From positions 1 to 64,000 of the forward strand of contig CAWJMB010000007.1 of assembly GCA_963843845.1 (NCBI GenBank): DNA of 64,000 nucleotides, given 5' to 3'. A program made the translations under genes and the position numbers. Source of the DNA: an uncultured Gemmatimonadaceae bacterium. Lineage in GTDB: Bacteria; Gemmatimonadota; Gemmatimonadetes; Gemmatimonadales; Gemmatimonadaceae. Within the stretch, counting starts at the first letter, position 1, and each line of letters starts with the position of its first letter. A model generated the notes under the pieces. That model made no database searches, was not told the origin of the DNA, and saw only the letters and a list, made by a program, of their open reading frames with translations. Below, in pieces: positions 1 through 10,794 of the stretch.

Positions 1-2581
1 AGCTGTTCGGCGACCCCGTTCGCGTGGTAGAAGCTGTTCCGCGTGAACCGGATGTTGCCAAGATTATTCGTCCCGCCGCCCTCGCGTGCATGTCCCGGCT
101 GACGCCATGGACGCTCGGGCCGCCGCTCGCGAAGATCGTGTTGCCGGCGATCTCGAAGTTCAGAGGAACGATGCGCCGTGCCGCCGATCTTCAACCCTGT
201 CGAGTACGAGTTGAAGATGACGTTGTCGAGACACCTTCTTTGCCGCCGTGCGGTTCTGCAGATAAAGGCCGTGGCCGTGGCCGCGGTCGTTCGCCGGACC
301 GTCCCATCCGTTGTTGTAGAACAACGATCCGTAGATCTCGAGCCCTTCCGCCGAGGACCCGGAAAACAGGCCGTCGCCGAGGTCGTGCGCGATGACGGTT
401 GATGAGACGATTGAACGGGCCGGTAGATGAACAGCGTCATCCGCTCGCGCGGCATGTCGGTCGGGTCCGAGCCGGCCTGCGCGCTGACGCGCCGCGGGGT
501 CGGAGTACATCATCTCGAAGCCCCAGTAGTACGCGTAGCGCCCCTGGATGTCGATGCGCCCGTCGATCGTCGCGCGCTCGCCCGGATACTGCCGCAGCAC
601 GATCGGCTTCTCCGCCGTGCCGGTGAGCAGGCTCAGGAACTCGCCGGCGTAGCGGCCGCCGCGCATCCAGATCGTGTCGCCGGGGATCGACCTCGCGGCT
701 GCGCGAGCGCCGTCGCGAGCGACCACGGGCGCGCCGCGCTGCCGTCGCCTGACGACAGACCGGTCGGCGAGACGTAGAAGGCGCGCGACGGCATCCGCAC
801 CGTCACCGGCAGCGTCGCGACGACGCCATCGATCGTCGCCGTGATCGACGCGATCCCGGCCCGATCGCTTTGATCGTTCCGCTCGACGTGACCGTCGCGA
901 CCGTAGGCGCGAGCGACACGAACGCCGCCGTCTTGCCGGCAATCGCGGCGCCCGCGGCACTCATCGCCGTCGCCGTGACGGCGCCGGAGTCGCCGACGAA
1001 CAACGACAGCGAGTCGATCGACAGCGCGACTCGCGCGACCGCCGGAACTACCGGGGTGGCCGGAGCCGCCGGAGCGGGCGCCGGTCACCGTCACGGCGAC
1101 TGTCGCCGACTTCCCTTCGCACGCGACCGTGATCGTCGCGACGCCGGCCGCGACGGCACGCACGAGTCCGCTCGCGGAGACGTTTCCTGCACTCGGAAGG
1201 CGTGCCACGGTCGTGTCGCTCGAAGTCCAGGTGAATGTCTTCCCCGTCAGCGTGCGGCCGCTCTGGTCGCGCGCCGCCGCGATGATCTGCAGTGCCCCAC
1301 CGACACTCAGCCGCAGCGACGTCGACGACGTGGACACGGACGCGACCGCGCTCGCCGGCGCCGTCACCGGCGCGACGACGGTGAACGACGAGTTGGGAGG
1401 TCGGACTGCCGCTCATGCCGTCGACCGAGACGGTCACCGTCGCCTGCCCGGCCGCGAGCGCCGAGATGACTCCCTTGTCGTCGACCTTGAGCACGCTCGG
1501 CTGCGAGGACGACCAGGCGAGCGTGGGGGCAGGGAGGATCTCGGCGCCCGCGGCGTTGTAGACGCGGGCGGCGAGCGACACGCTCTGGCTGACCGTCAGC
1601 GAGCTGCTCGTCGAGCTGACGACGATGCTCTTCGGGGTCGACGTCCCGGCGGCCGGCGTGCACCGGCCGGCGTCGCCCCCGCGGGCGCCGGCACGACCGG
1701 CTGGCCCGGAGGCAACGAGCGGGGCCTCCGCCGTCGTGCGCCACGCTGCGCTGCGCTGCCGTTGCAGGCCGCGAGCGAGATGATCGTCGAGTTCGACAGC
1801 TCTCACGGCCGTCGCGCACGGTCCCGTCGCGAGCTTCAACTCCCCGGACGTCGTGAACGTCCACGTCTGTGATGCGCGGCCCGTGCACGCGTACGGTCCG
1901 ACGACCGCGCCGACGACACCGTTGTCGTACCCCGTGAGGCACAGCCGCGTCGTGCTGTTTGTGACCATTCCCGTCTTGCCGACGGCAGGAAGCGTCCACG
2001 CCTGCAGCCGTCGCGCCGTTCACGCACGCGCCGAGCGTCGCGGCGGCCGTCGTCGTCCCGGCGCCGACGCACCCGAGCTCCGGCCACGCTCGCAAGCGTG
2101 GGCATCGCGGCGGCGACGGCCGCCGCGAACCGCACCCCGCCGCTCCACGGGGTCGCGTTCGTCGCTGCCGCGCCGTCGGTCGCCCACGCCAGGTCGGCGA
2201 GCGACGGCGCCGGCGTGACGCTGACGAGCGCCGAGACGCTGTCGTCGCCGACGTGCGCCCAGACGTTCGTCGCGCCGACGCCGCGTCCGCTCAGCGTGCC
2301 GGACCCGTCGACGGTGACGACGCGCTCGTCCGCGCTCGTCCACCGCGCGGTCGCCACGCGCAGCCGGCCGGCGTCCATCTGCCGCGCCTGCACGTGTCCG
2401 GTCGCGCCGACCGTGAGCGTGGCGGACTCGAAGTCGAGAAAGAGGGCGTCGCCGGGCGTCCGGGCGTCGGGCCGCCCGGTGCTGAGCGGCGAATCGGTGC
2501 ATGCGACGCCAAGGAGGAGGCGACGGCGGCGCCCGCGAACGGGCGGCGCGTGAAGCGCGGAGCGGCTACGGAGGCGAACAT
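1..2581 (-). CDS. Surface lipoprotein with Ig-like (Big_2) repeats, a ricin-B lectin-like domain and a C-terminal right-handed beta-helix; frameshifted, runs off the window
   Basis: Fragments in several minus frames: LLLGVAC lipobox near 2500; Big_2-type WTSSDTTVA/WSSSQPSV..VD..G.I.A repeats; CLT...QTWTF ricin-like segment; FYVSPTG..GDGS..RPWSL, GDTIWMRGGRY and GHGLYLQN beta-helix segments. Start approximate. Confidence 0.7.
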
Positions 2582-2859
2582 ACGGGGGATGTGGTGCGGG
2601 TAACAGCTCGACAGCGAGGTGCTGATGCCTGGAGGGCTAGCGGAGGGACGATCGCGCAGGTGGGCGGCAACGAGTGTTGCAGAGCAGCCACGATCGGTCG
2701 CTGAGAGTGCGGAGCGGCGCGAGTGGTCGGCGCCGGTCGGAACTGTCAGCGTATATTGAAGGCGGGAGTGCCAGCCGTCGCGTGAGACGCGACGGAGGCC
2801 AGCAATCCTAGATAACCACGAATGCAGTCTCGCGGAAGAGTACGGACGAGTACGGCGCC

Positions 2860-4212
2860 ATGACGCTCTACAACGCGCTTCGTCGAGCGGGTCGCGCTCC
2901 CCGCCGGCGACCGGGTGGCCGGGACGTCGGTGATGCGGCACCTCCGCCGCTTCGACGCGCTGCAGTGGGAGCGCGCGGACGCGCTGCGGGACTTACCAAC
3001 GAGCGCGCCTCGACCGAATCCTCCGCCACGCGACGACGAGGCGCCGTTCTACCGGGAGTACGGGGCGGCGTCGGCGGCGATCCGTTCGAGGCACTCCGGC
3101 AGTTCCCGGTCCTACGCAAGGCGACGATCAAGGCGCGCCCCGACGATTGCTGACCGCCGACCGCTCGGGGCTCATCGCGAGCATGAGCAGCGGATCGTCC
3201 GGGGTGCAGAGCACGGTCTACATCGACCGGGAGGAGATGTCCGTCTCGTACGCCATGCAGATGCTCTGGATGACGTGGACGGGATGGCGCCCGGGCGACA
3301 GCGTCTTCCAGACGGGGATGACGCCGCAGCGGGGCGCGGTGAAGCGGGCGAAAGACGCGCTGCTCCGTACCTGGTACGTGAACGCGTTCCGGTCGGGCGA
3401 GACGGAGATCCTGGGCCACCTGCGCGAGCTCGGCGCGCCATCCGCGCGCGATGCTCGGCGGCTACGCGTCGTCGATCTACCTCTACGCGAAGGTCGCGCT
3501 CGAGCACGACGTGCGCGGTGCGCTTCCGCTACGCGCTGAGCTGGGGAGACAAGCTCTTCCCGCACTACCGCGCCGCAATTCAGCGTGCGTTCGGGGCGGC
3601 CGTGCACGACACGTACGGCTGCACGGAGGGTTGCATCATGGCGGCCGAATGCGCGCGAGCACCGGTATCACATCATGACGCCGCACGTCGTGCTCGAGCT
3701 GGTCGACGACGACGGCCGCGAGGTCGAGCCGGGGCAGATGGGGCACGTCGTCGTCACGGGGCTCGACGGCTACCGCATGCCGCTCATCCGCTACGCCCTC
3801 GGCGACATCGCGGCGCGGTGCCCGGACGACGTGCGCTGCCCGTGCGGCCGTGGGCTGCCGCTGCTCGACCGGATCATCGGGCGGGACACGGACATCGTCC
3901 GCACGCCGCAGCGCCGCTACCTGAACGTGCACTTCTTTACGGGCATCTTGGAGTTCGTGTCGGAGATCCGGCAGTTCCAGGTCGTGCAGGACGATCTGAG
4001 CGGGCATCACGATTCGCTTCATCCCGGAAGCGACGTTGACGAAGTCATCCTCGACCAACTGCTGACACGCATCCGGTCCGAGATCGACCACGAGCCGTTC
4101 GACGTGCGGTTCCAGGCGCGTCGACGCGATCGCGCCGACGGCGTCGGGGAAGCCGCAGATCGTCATTTCGCGGCTCCCGGCCGCGCTGCAGGCGGGCGAA
4201 CGCGTCGGCTGA
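2860..4212 (+). CDS. Phenylacetate-CoA ligase/CapK-like adenylate-forming enzyme (frameshifted)
   Basis: SSGSSG loop, DTYGCTE, MPLIRYALGD, CPCGRGLP, IIGRDTD, C-terminal SGKPQIV motifs spread over shifting frames; TGA at 4210-4212. Confidence 0.8.
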
Positions 4213-4260
4213 TCGCGTATCCGACCGCCGCGGCCGGCGTCATCGCGCGAGCGACAACAG

Positions 4261-4387
4261 TGTAGGCGGTCCGCGACAGTGCGCCCGCCGGTAGACGAGC
4301 TCTGGCCGAGGGCGACGGATGTAAGTCATTGTCGGAAAGACTCGTTGCGTATCCCGCCCGGGGGTCGGCGCTAGCACGCCCGCTGCA
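4261..4387 (+). promoter_or_regulatory. Putative sigma54-type promoter of the FkbH operon (UAS + IHF-like + -24/-12)
   Basis: TGTAGGCGGTCCGCGACA 4261-4278; TAAGTCATTGTCG 4322-4334; TAGCACG-CCCG-CTGCA 4372-4387. Confidence 0.65.
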
Positions 4388-4436
4388 TCCCTCGCCGCTC
4401 TCCCCGCCGCCGTTCCCTCCCGCCGCGACGCACGAC

Positions 4437-7400
4437 ATGACGACCGCCATCGCTGCCACGTTCACCGCTGAGCCCCTCGGCGACGCGCTGCAGTTTCTGC
4501 TGACGGCGCTCGGCATGTCGCCGGCGGTCGAGTTCGGGGCGTACGGGCAGCTCTTTCAGCCGCTGATCGATCCGTCAAGCCGCCTCGCCGGCAACGCGCA
4601 CGGCGTCAACGTGCTGCTCGTGCGGCTCGAGGACTCGGCGGCGCGCACGGCGGTAGCGCGCAGAGCGGCAGCGACGCCGGGAGCGACCACGGCATACGCC
4701 GCGCCCGACGTCACCGTGCCGCAGGTCGCGGCCGACTCGAGCGGAACACGCGCGACTTCGCCGACGCGCTGCGGACCGCCGCGGCGCGCTGCGCCGCGCC
4801 GCACGTCGTCATCGTCTGCCATCCGTCGCCGGCGTTCCTGGCCGCGCCGAGTGCGGCCGCGTTCTGCGAGCGGATGCACGAGCTACTGCGGCAGGAGCTC
4901 GCCGGCGTGAAGAACGCGCACCTCCTGACGCCGCCGCAGCTCGACGCGCTGCTCCCCGTCGCGGAGTACGACGACCCGGCGGCGAACCGGCTCGCGCACG
5001 TCCCCTACACGCCGGCCTACTACGCGGCGCTCGGCGGCGTCATCGCGCGCGCGTCTACCGGCTGAAGAGCGCGCCGCACAAGGTGATCGTGCTCGACTGC
5101 GACCAGACGATCTGGAAGGGCGTCTGCGGCGAGGTCGGGCCGACGGGGATCGAGATCGACGCGCCGCGGGCCGCGCTGCAGCGCTTCATGGTCGAGCAGC
5201 ACCGCGCCGGGATCGTCTCTGCCTGGCCAGCAAGAACAGCGAGGAAGACGTCTTTCAGGTCTTCGACGCGCGCGACGACATGCTGCTGCGGCGCGAGCAC
5301 ATCGTGTCGTGGCGCATCAACTGGGGCCCGAAGAGCGAGAACATCCGCGCCCTCGCCGACGAGCTGCAGCTCGGGCTCGACAGCTTCATCTTCGTCGACG
5401 ACGACCCGGTCGTCTGCGCCGAGGTCCGCGCGCACTGTCCCGAGGTGCTCGACGCTCCAGCTTCCGCACGACGTCGAGCAGATTCCGCGCTTCCTGGCGA
5501 ACGTCTGGGCGTTCGATCACCTCACGGTGACGCGCGAGGACGAGAAGCGCACGCAGCTCTACAAGGAGAACGTCGAGCGCGAGCGGCTCCGCCGTCAGTC
5601 GGGAGGCTTTCAGTCGTTCATCGCCGGGCTCGGTCTCGAAATCGACGTTGCCGACCTCGCCGACGAGCAGGTCGCGCGCGTCGCGCAGCTCACGCAGCGC
5701 ACGAACCAGTTCAACTTCACGACGATCCGCCGCACCGAGACCGAGCTGCGGCAATTCTGCGAGGTGGCGGGCGCCGGGTGTTCTCGCCGTCGACGTGCGC
5801 GACCGCTTCGGTGACTACGGGCTCGTCGGCGCCGCGCTCTATCGCCCGAACGGCGCCGCGCTCGAGGTCGACTCGTTCCTCCTGAGCTGCCGCGCGCTCG
5901 GCCGCGGGGTCGAGCACCGGATGCTCGCGCGGCTCGGCGAGATCGCGCTGGCCGCGGGCTCTCGACGGTCGACTGCCGCCTCGTGCCGACGAAGAAGAAC
6001 CAGCCGGCGCGCGACTTCCTGCATGCGGTCGGGCGGGAGATGGCGCAGACGGAGGGAGACGCGATCGTCTACCGCTTCCCGAGCGACGTCGCGGCGACGA
6101 TGGAGTTCACCCCGGGGGCGGCGAGCCCGGACGCGGCGAGCGAGGAGTCGGTCGCGACGGAGTCGAGCGAATCGCCGCGCCCGGCCGGCGAGACTGGCGC
6201 CTCCGCCGCGTCGCGCCCGCAGACGGAGACGCTCAACCAGATCGCGAACGAGTGGTACGACGCCGCGCGGCTGCTCGGCGCGCTGCGGCCGGCAGAGCGG
6301 GGGGCCGTCCCGGCGTCGGCGGCCGTCGAGCCGCCGCAGAACGACGTCGAGGCGCGGCTCGTCGCGATCTGGGAAGAGGTGTTGAACGTCCGCCCGGTCG
6401 GACGCACGAGCAACTTCTTCGACCTCGGCGGCGACTCGCTGCGCGGCGTACAACTGTTCAGCGAGATCGAGCGGGACGTTCGGCGGAAGCTTGTCGCTCG
6501 CGACGCTATTCGAGACGCCGACGGTCGCCGGGCTGGCCGAGCGGCTGCGCGGCGGGCGGCCGACTGCGTGGTCGCCGCTCGTCGCGATCAAGCCGGAGGG
6601 GACGAAGCCGCCGCTGTTCCTGGTTCACGCCGCGGGCGGGCACGTGCTGTTCTACCGCGATCTCGCTCGCCACCTCGACCCCGAGCAGCCGGTCTTCGGG
6701 CTGCAGGCGCGCGGGCTCGACAAGACGCAGACGCACCACGACCGCGTCGAGGCGATGGCGGCGTATTACCTGATGGCGATGCGGGTGCACCAGCCGGCGG
6801 GGCCGTACTACGTCGGCGGCTCGTCGTTCGGCGGGCTCGTCGCGTTCGAGATCGCGCAGCAGCTTCGCGCGCAGGGCGAGGATGTCGGACTGGTGGCGCT
6901 GATGGACACTACGGGCCGGGGTACCCGACGATGAAAGCCGGCACGTCGAAGTTGCGCGGCACGCTCGACCGGCAGGTCGATCGCATCGAGCGGCTCGTCG
7001 ACAACCTGCGCGCGCTCGACGGACGGGCGCGGCTCGACTACCTGGTCGGACGCGCCCGCAAGGGGCGAATGATGTTGAAGCGTAAGCTGCTGTGGCGGAA
7101 GAATCAGTTCGATCTCAAATTCGCCGCGGCCACCGGGCAGGAACTGCCGAAGGATTTGCAGCGCAACCACAAGGCGATCGACCACGCGCTGAAGAGCTAC
7201 AGACCGCGGCCGTTCGACGGCGCCGTGACGCTGTTCCGCGCGGCGCGGCAGCCGTTCGGCGCGGTCCCGAACGCGACGCTCGGCTGGGAGACGGTCGTGC
7301 GCGGGGCGATCGACGTCTACGAGGTGCCGGGGCGCACGGCGCCGTCACGGTCGACCCGTACGCGCAGTTTCTCGCCGCGCAGTTGACGCTCTGTCTCGAG

Positions 7401-7490
7401 CGCGCGCACACGGCGGCGCGCGTGGCCGACGTCGCCCACGACGGGTCACACGCCGCGTGCGTGTCGTCGGGCACACCCGTCGGCGTGTGA
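4437..7490 (+). CDS. FkbH-like HAD-IIIC phosphatase/acyltransferase fused to acyl carrier protein and thioesterase (frameshifted)
   Basis: AATFTAEP start; DCDQTIW (DxD), INWGPKSEN, FVDD, QLTQRTNQFN, DRFGDYG, LSCRALGRGVE FkbH motifs; FFDLGGDSL ACP motif; PLFLVHAAGG and GSSFGG thioesterase motifs. Confidence 0.85.
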
Positions 7491-8524
7491 CACCTCCGCC
7501 GCTCGTCTCGATCGTCATCCCCTGCCGCAACGAGCGCGCACACATCGCCGCCTGCGTGCGGTCGGCGCTCGCCGGGGATTACCCGGCGGACCGCCTCGAA
7601 GTGCTCGTCGTCGACGGCATGAGCGACGACGGCACGCGCGACGTGCTGGCCGAGTGTGCGGCCCGCGAGCCGCGCCTTCGCGTGCTCGACAATCCCGCGT
7701 GCATCACGCCGACCGCCCTGAACGCCGGCATTCGTGCGGCGCGCGGCGACGTCATCGTCCGCATGGACGCGCACAGCGAGTATCCGCCCGATTACGTCCG
7801 CGCGCTCGTCGGCTGGCTCGAGCGGTCGGGGGCGGACAACGTCGGCGGCGCGTGCCGCACCGTCCCCGCCGCCCCCGGTCCGCAGGCGTGGGCGGTGGCC
7901 GCGGCGCTGTCGCACCCGTTCGGCGTCGGTGGCTCGACATTCCGGACGGGGACGACCGAGCCGCGCTGGGTCGACACCGTGCCGTTCGGCTGCTGGCGGC
8001 GCGACGTGTTCGGGCGCATCGGGTTGTTCGACGAGGAGCTCGTGCGCAACCAGGACGACGAGTTCAATCACCGGCTGCGGCGCGCCGGCGGGCGGATTCT
8101 GCTCGTGCCGGACGTCGTCACCGTCTATCACGCGCGGCGGACGTTCGCGCAGCTGCGTCGGATGCTCTACCAGTACGGGTACTTCAAGCCGCTCGCCGCG
8201 CGGAAGCTGGGGCACGTGCCGACGCTGCGTCAGCTCGCGCCGCCGGCGCTCGTCGTCGGGCTGCTGGTGGCGCTGCTGCTCGCGCCGTTCGGCGGGGTCG
8301 CGTCGGTGATGGCGGCGTTCATCGCCGGTCCATACTTGCTGCTCGCGGTCGGCGCCGGCCTCGCCGCGGCGCCGGCGCACGGGCTGCGCGCGGCCGTCGG
8401 GTTGACCTACGCGTTCGTCGTCATGCACGTCGCCTACGGCGTCGGCTACCTGCGCGGCATCCTGGATTTCGTCGTGCGCCGTCGCGTCGTGGGCAACGTC
8501 GCGGCGGTTCCTGTCTCTCGGTGA
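7487..8524 (+). CDS. Glycosyltransferase family 2 (ExoA-like)
   Basis: VSIVIPCRNE, VVDGMSDDGT, RMDAH, RNQDDEFN; C-terminal TM helices; GTG start overlaps upstream TGA. Confidence 0.92.
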   Translation: MTPPPLVSIVIPCRNERAHIAACVRSALAGDYPADRLEVLVVDGMSDDGTRDVLAECAAREPRLRVLDNPACITPTALNAGIRAARGDVIVRMDAHSEYPPDYVRALVGWLERSGADNVGGACRTVPAAPGPQAWAVAAALSHPFGVGGSTFRTGTTEPRWVDTVPFGCWRRDVFGRIGLFDEELVRNQDDEFNHRLRRAGGRILLVPDVVTVYHARRTFAQLRRMLYQYGYFKPLAARKLGHVPTLRQLAPPALVVGLLVALLLAPFGGVASVMAAFIAGPYLLLAVGAGLAAAPAHGLRAAVGLTYAFVVMHVAYGVGYLRGILDFVVRRRVVGNVAAVPVSR

Positions 8525-8621
8525 CGTCGCGACCGGCGCCAGGTGTGGCGCGCGAGCGTACTCTTGCGTAAAACGACGGCCGGTCGAGACGCGGGCGGGC
8601 CGTGCGCACGTGCTACAGCAT

Positions 8622-8746
8622 TGTGAGCGCGTGACAACAGCGGTCGCGACGGCATCGCGTCCAGACGCGGGAGCGTTGAGCTAAGTGGTTGTGGGTCGGT
8701 GAGTTACGGGGAAGGTCCGGCGGCGGGCCCGAGCACGCGCGCTGCA
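8622..8746 (+). promoter_or_regulatory. Putative sigma54-type promoter of the aminotransferase/sugar transferase operon
   Basis: TGTGAGCGCGTGACAACA 8622-8639; TAAGTGGTTGTGG 8682-8694; GAGCACG-CGCG-CTGCA 8731-8746. Confidence 0.65.
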
Positions 8747-8800
8747 ATGACGCGCTGCGCAGTCCCTTCGCAGCTCGTTGTCCCTTCCCTGGGAGTCGCC

Positions 8801-10120
8801 GTGACGATCCCGCTCGATTTGCCGCGTACCGACGGTCATCCGGCCCCGGAGTTCGTTCCGGGAGCCGCCCGTGTCGAACGGCTCGACACGCCGTTCGCGA
8901 TGCCGCCGTACGTCACGCCGCCGTTCGCGATGCCTGCCTACGCGCCGCCCGTGCATCGCAAGCGCGAACAGTTCCTCGCCTTCTCGCCCCCGCTCATCGG
9001 CGAGGAGGAGATCGAGGAGGTCGTCGATACCCTGCGGAACGACTGGCTCAGCACCGGCCCGAAGACGCGCCGCTTCGCGACCGAGTTCGCGGCGTACCTG
9101 GGTGCGCCGGCGGCGCTGCCGCTGAACTCGTGTACGGCGGGCCTCCACGTGGCGCTCGTGACGCTCGGCATCGGCCAGGGCGACGAAGTCATCACGACGC
9201 CGATGACGTTCGCGGCGTCGGCGAACGTCATCGAGCACGTCGGCGCGCGCCCCGTGCTCGTCGACGTCGAGCCGGACACGCTGAACCTCGACCCGGCCGC
9301 CGTCGCGCGCGCCGTCACGCCGCGCACGCGCGCCATCGTCGCCGTGCACTACGCCGGCCACCCGGCGGAGCTCGACGCGCTCCGCGCCGTCGCGCGGGCG
9401 CACGATCTCGTGCTCATCGAGGACGCGGCGCACGCCGTCCCGGCCCGCTACCGCGGCGTCGCGATCGGCGCCGGCGACAACCCGGTCGCCTTCAGCTTCT
9501 ACGCGACGAAGAATCTCACGACCGGCGAGGGGGGCATGCTCACGGGCAGCGCGGAGTTCCTCGACGAGGCGCGCGTCGTGAGCCTGCACGGCATGAGCCG
9601 CGACGCGTGGCGCCGCTACGACAAGGGGGGGAGCTGGCGGTACGAGGTGCTGCTCCCGGGCTTCAAGTACAACATGGGCGACCTCCAGGCGTCGCTCGGC
9701 ATCGTCCAGCTCCGCAAGCTCGACGCCTTCCAGGTGCGCCGCCGGGCGATCGTCGCGCGCTACCAGGAGGCGTTCGCCGACGCCGCCGACATGCTGGAGC
9801 TGCCGGTCGAGCGGGGGCACGTCGAGCACGCGTGGCACCTCTACGTGCTGCGCCTGCGCCCCGACGCGCTCACGATCGGGCGCGACGAGTTCATCGACGC
9901 ACTCACGGCGCGGAACATCGGCACGTCGGTGCACTTCATTCCCCTGCACCTGCACCCGTACTACCGCGACAAGTACGGCTACACGCCGACCGACTTCCCG
10001 GTGGCGTACGACGCGTTCACCCGCATGCTGTCGCTCCCGCTCAACCCGCGGATGAGCGACGAGGACGTCGACGACGTGATCGCGGCCGTGCTCGACGTTG
10101 CGCACACGCACGCGCGGTGA
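8801..10120 (+). CDS. DegT/DnrJ/EryC1/StrS family PLP-dependent nucleotide-sugar aminotransferase
   Basis: NSCTAGLH, IEDAAH, FSFYATKNLTTGEGG; GTG 8801 chosen from GGAG RBS and the upstream promoter position. Confidence 0.93.
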   Translation: MTIPLDLPRTDGHPAPEFVPGAARVERLDTPFAMPPYVTPPFAMPAYAPPVHRKREQFLAFSPPLIGEEEIEEVVDTLRNDWLSTGPKTRRFATEFAAYLGAPAALPLNSCTAGLHVALVTLGIGQGDEVITTPMTFAASANVIEHVGARPVLVDVEPDTLNLDPAAVARAVTPRTRAIVAVHYAGHPAELDALRAVARAHDLVLIEDAAHAVPARYRGVAIGAGDNPVAFSFYATKNLTTGEGGMLTGSAEFLDEARVVSLHGMSRDAWRRYDKGGSWRYEVLLPGFKYNMGDLQASLGIVQLRKLDAFQVRRRAIVARYQEAFADAADMLELPVERGHVEHAWHLYVLRLRPDALTIGRDEFIDALTARNIGTSVHFIPLHLHPYYRDKYGYTPTDFPVAYDAFTRMLSLPLNPRMSDEDVDDVIAAVLDVAHTHAR

Positions 10121-10149
10121 GTACTCGGTGAATTCAGGGTGAGCGCACG

Positions 10150-10794
10150 ATGAGCGTCGGCAAGCGCACGTTCGACGTCGTCGCGGCCGGACTCGGCACG
10201 CTCGTGCTCGCGCCGCTGCTCGCGGGCGTCGCGGTCGCCGTCAAGCTCGACGGCGGCCCGGCGTTCTACCGCCAGGAGCGGATCGGCCGCGACGGCCGCC
10301 CGTTCCGCATGTGGAAGTTCCGCACGATGGTGCCGAACGCCGAGCGCCTCGGCCCGCAGCTCACGGTGGCGGGAGATCGGCGCATCACGCGCGTCGGCCG
10401 GTGGCTGCGCCGCTCCAAGGTCGACGAGCTGCCACAGCTGCTGAACGTGCTGGCCGGCGACATGAGTCTCGTCGGGCCGCGCCCCGAAGTCGCTCGCTAC
10501 GTCGCGCTCTACACCCCCGCGCAGCGGCGGGTGCTCTCACTCCGCCCGGGCATCACCGATCCCGCGTCGATCCGCTACCGCGACGAGGAGCGCGAGCTGG
10601 CCGCGGCGAGCGACCCCGAGGCGCACTACGTCGCGCACGTCATGCCCGAGAAGATCCGCCTCAACCTCGCGTACGCCGAGCGAGCGAGCGTGCTGCGCGA
10701 CGTCGGCGTGATTCTCTCGACGTTCCGCGCCGTGCTCCCCGGCGCGCCGGGGCCGTCGTCGTCGGAGCTCGGCGCTCAGCCGGCGGCGCTGTAG
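10150..10794 (+). CDS. Bacterial sugar transferase (phosphoglycosyl transferase, PglC/WcaJ-type)
   Basis: KRTFD, KFRTM, DELPQLLNVLAGDMSLVGPRP, RPGIT. Confidence 0.95.
   Translation: MSVGKRTFDVVAAGLGTLVLAPLLAGVAVAVKLDGGPAFYRQERIGRDGRPFRMWKFRTMVPNAERLGPQLTVAGDRRITRVGRWLRRSKVDELPQLLNVLAGDMSLVGPRPEVARYVALYTPAQRRVLSLRPGITDPASIRYRDEERELAAASDPEAHYVAHVMPEKIRLNLAYAERASVLRDVGVILSTFRAVLPGAPGPSSSELGAQPAAL

Noticed and set aside
2664..2681. sigma54 box upstream of the capK-like gene
   Set aside because: GG-to-GC spacing is one base too long and I found no matching UAS/IHF arrangement.
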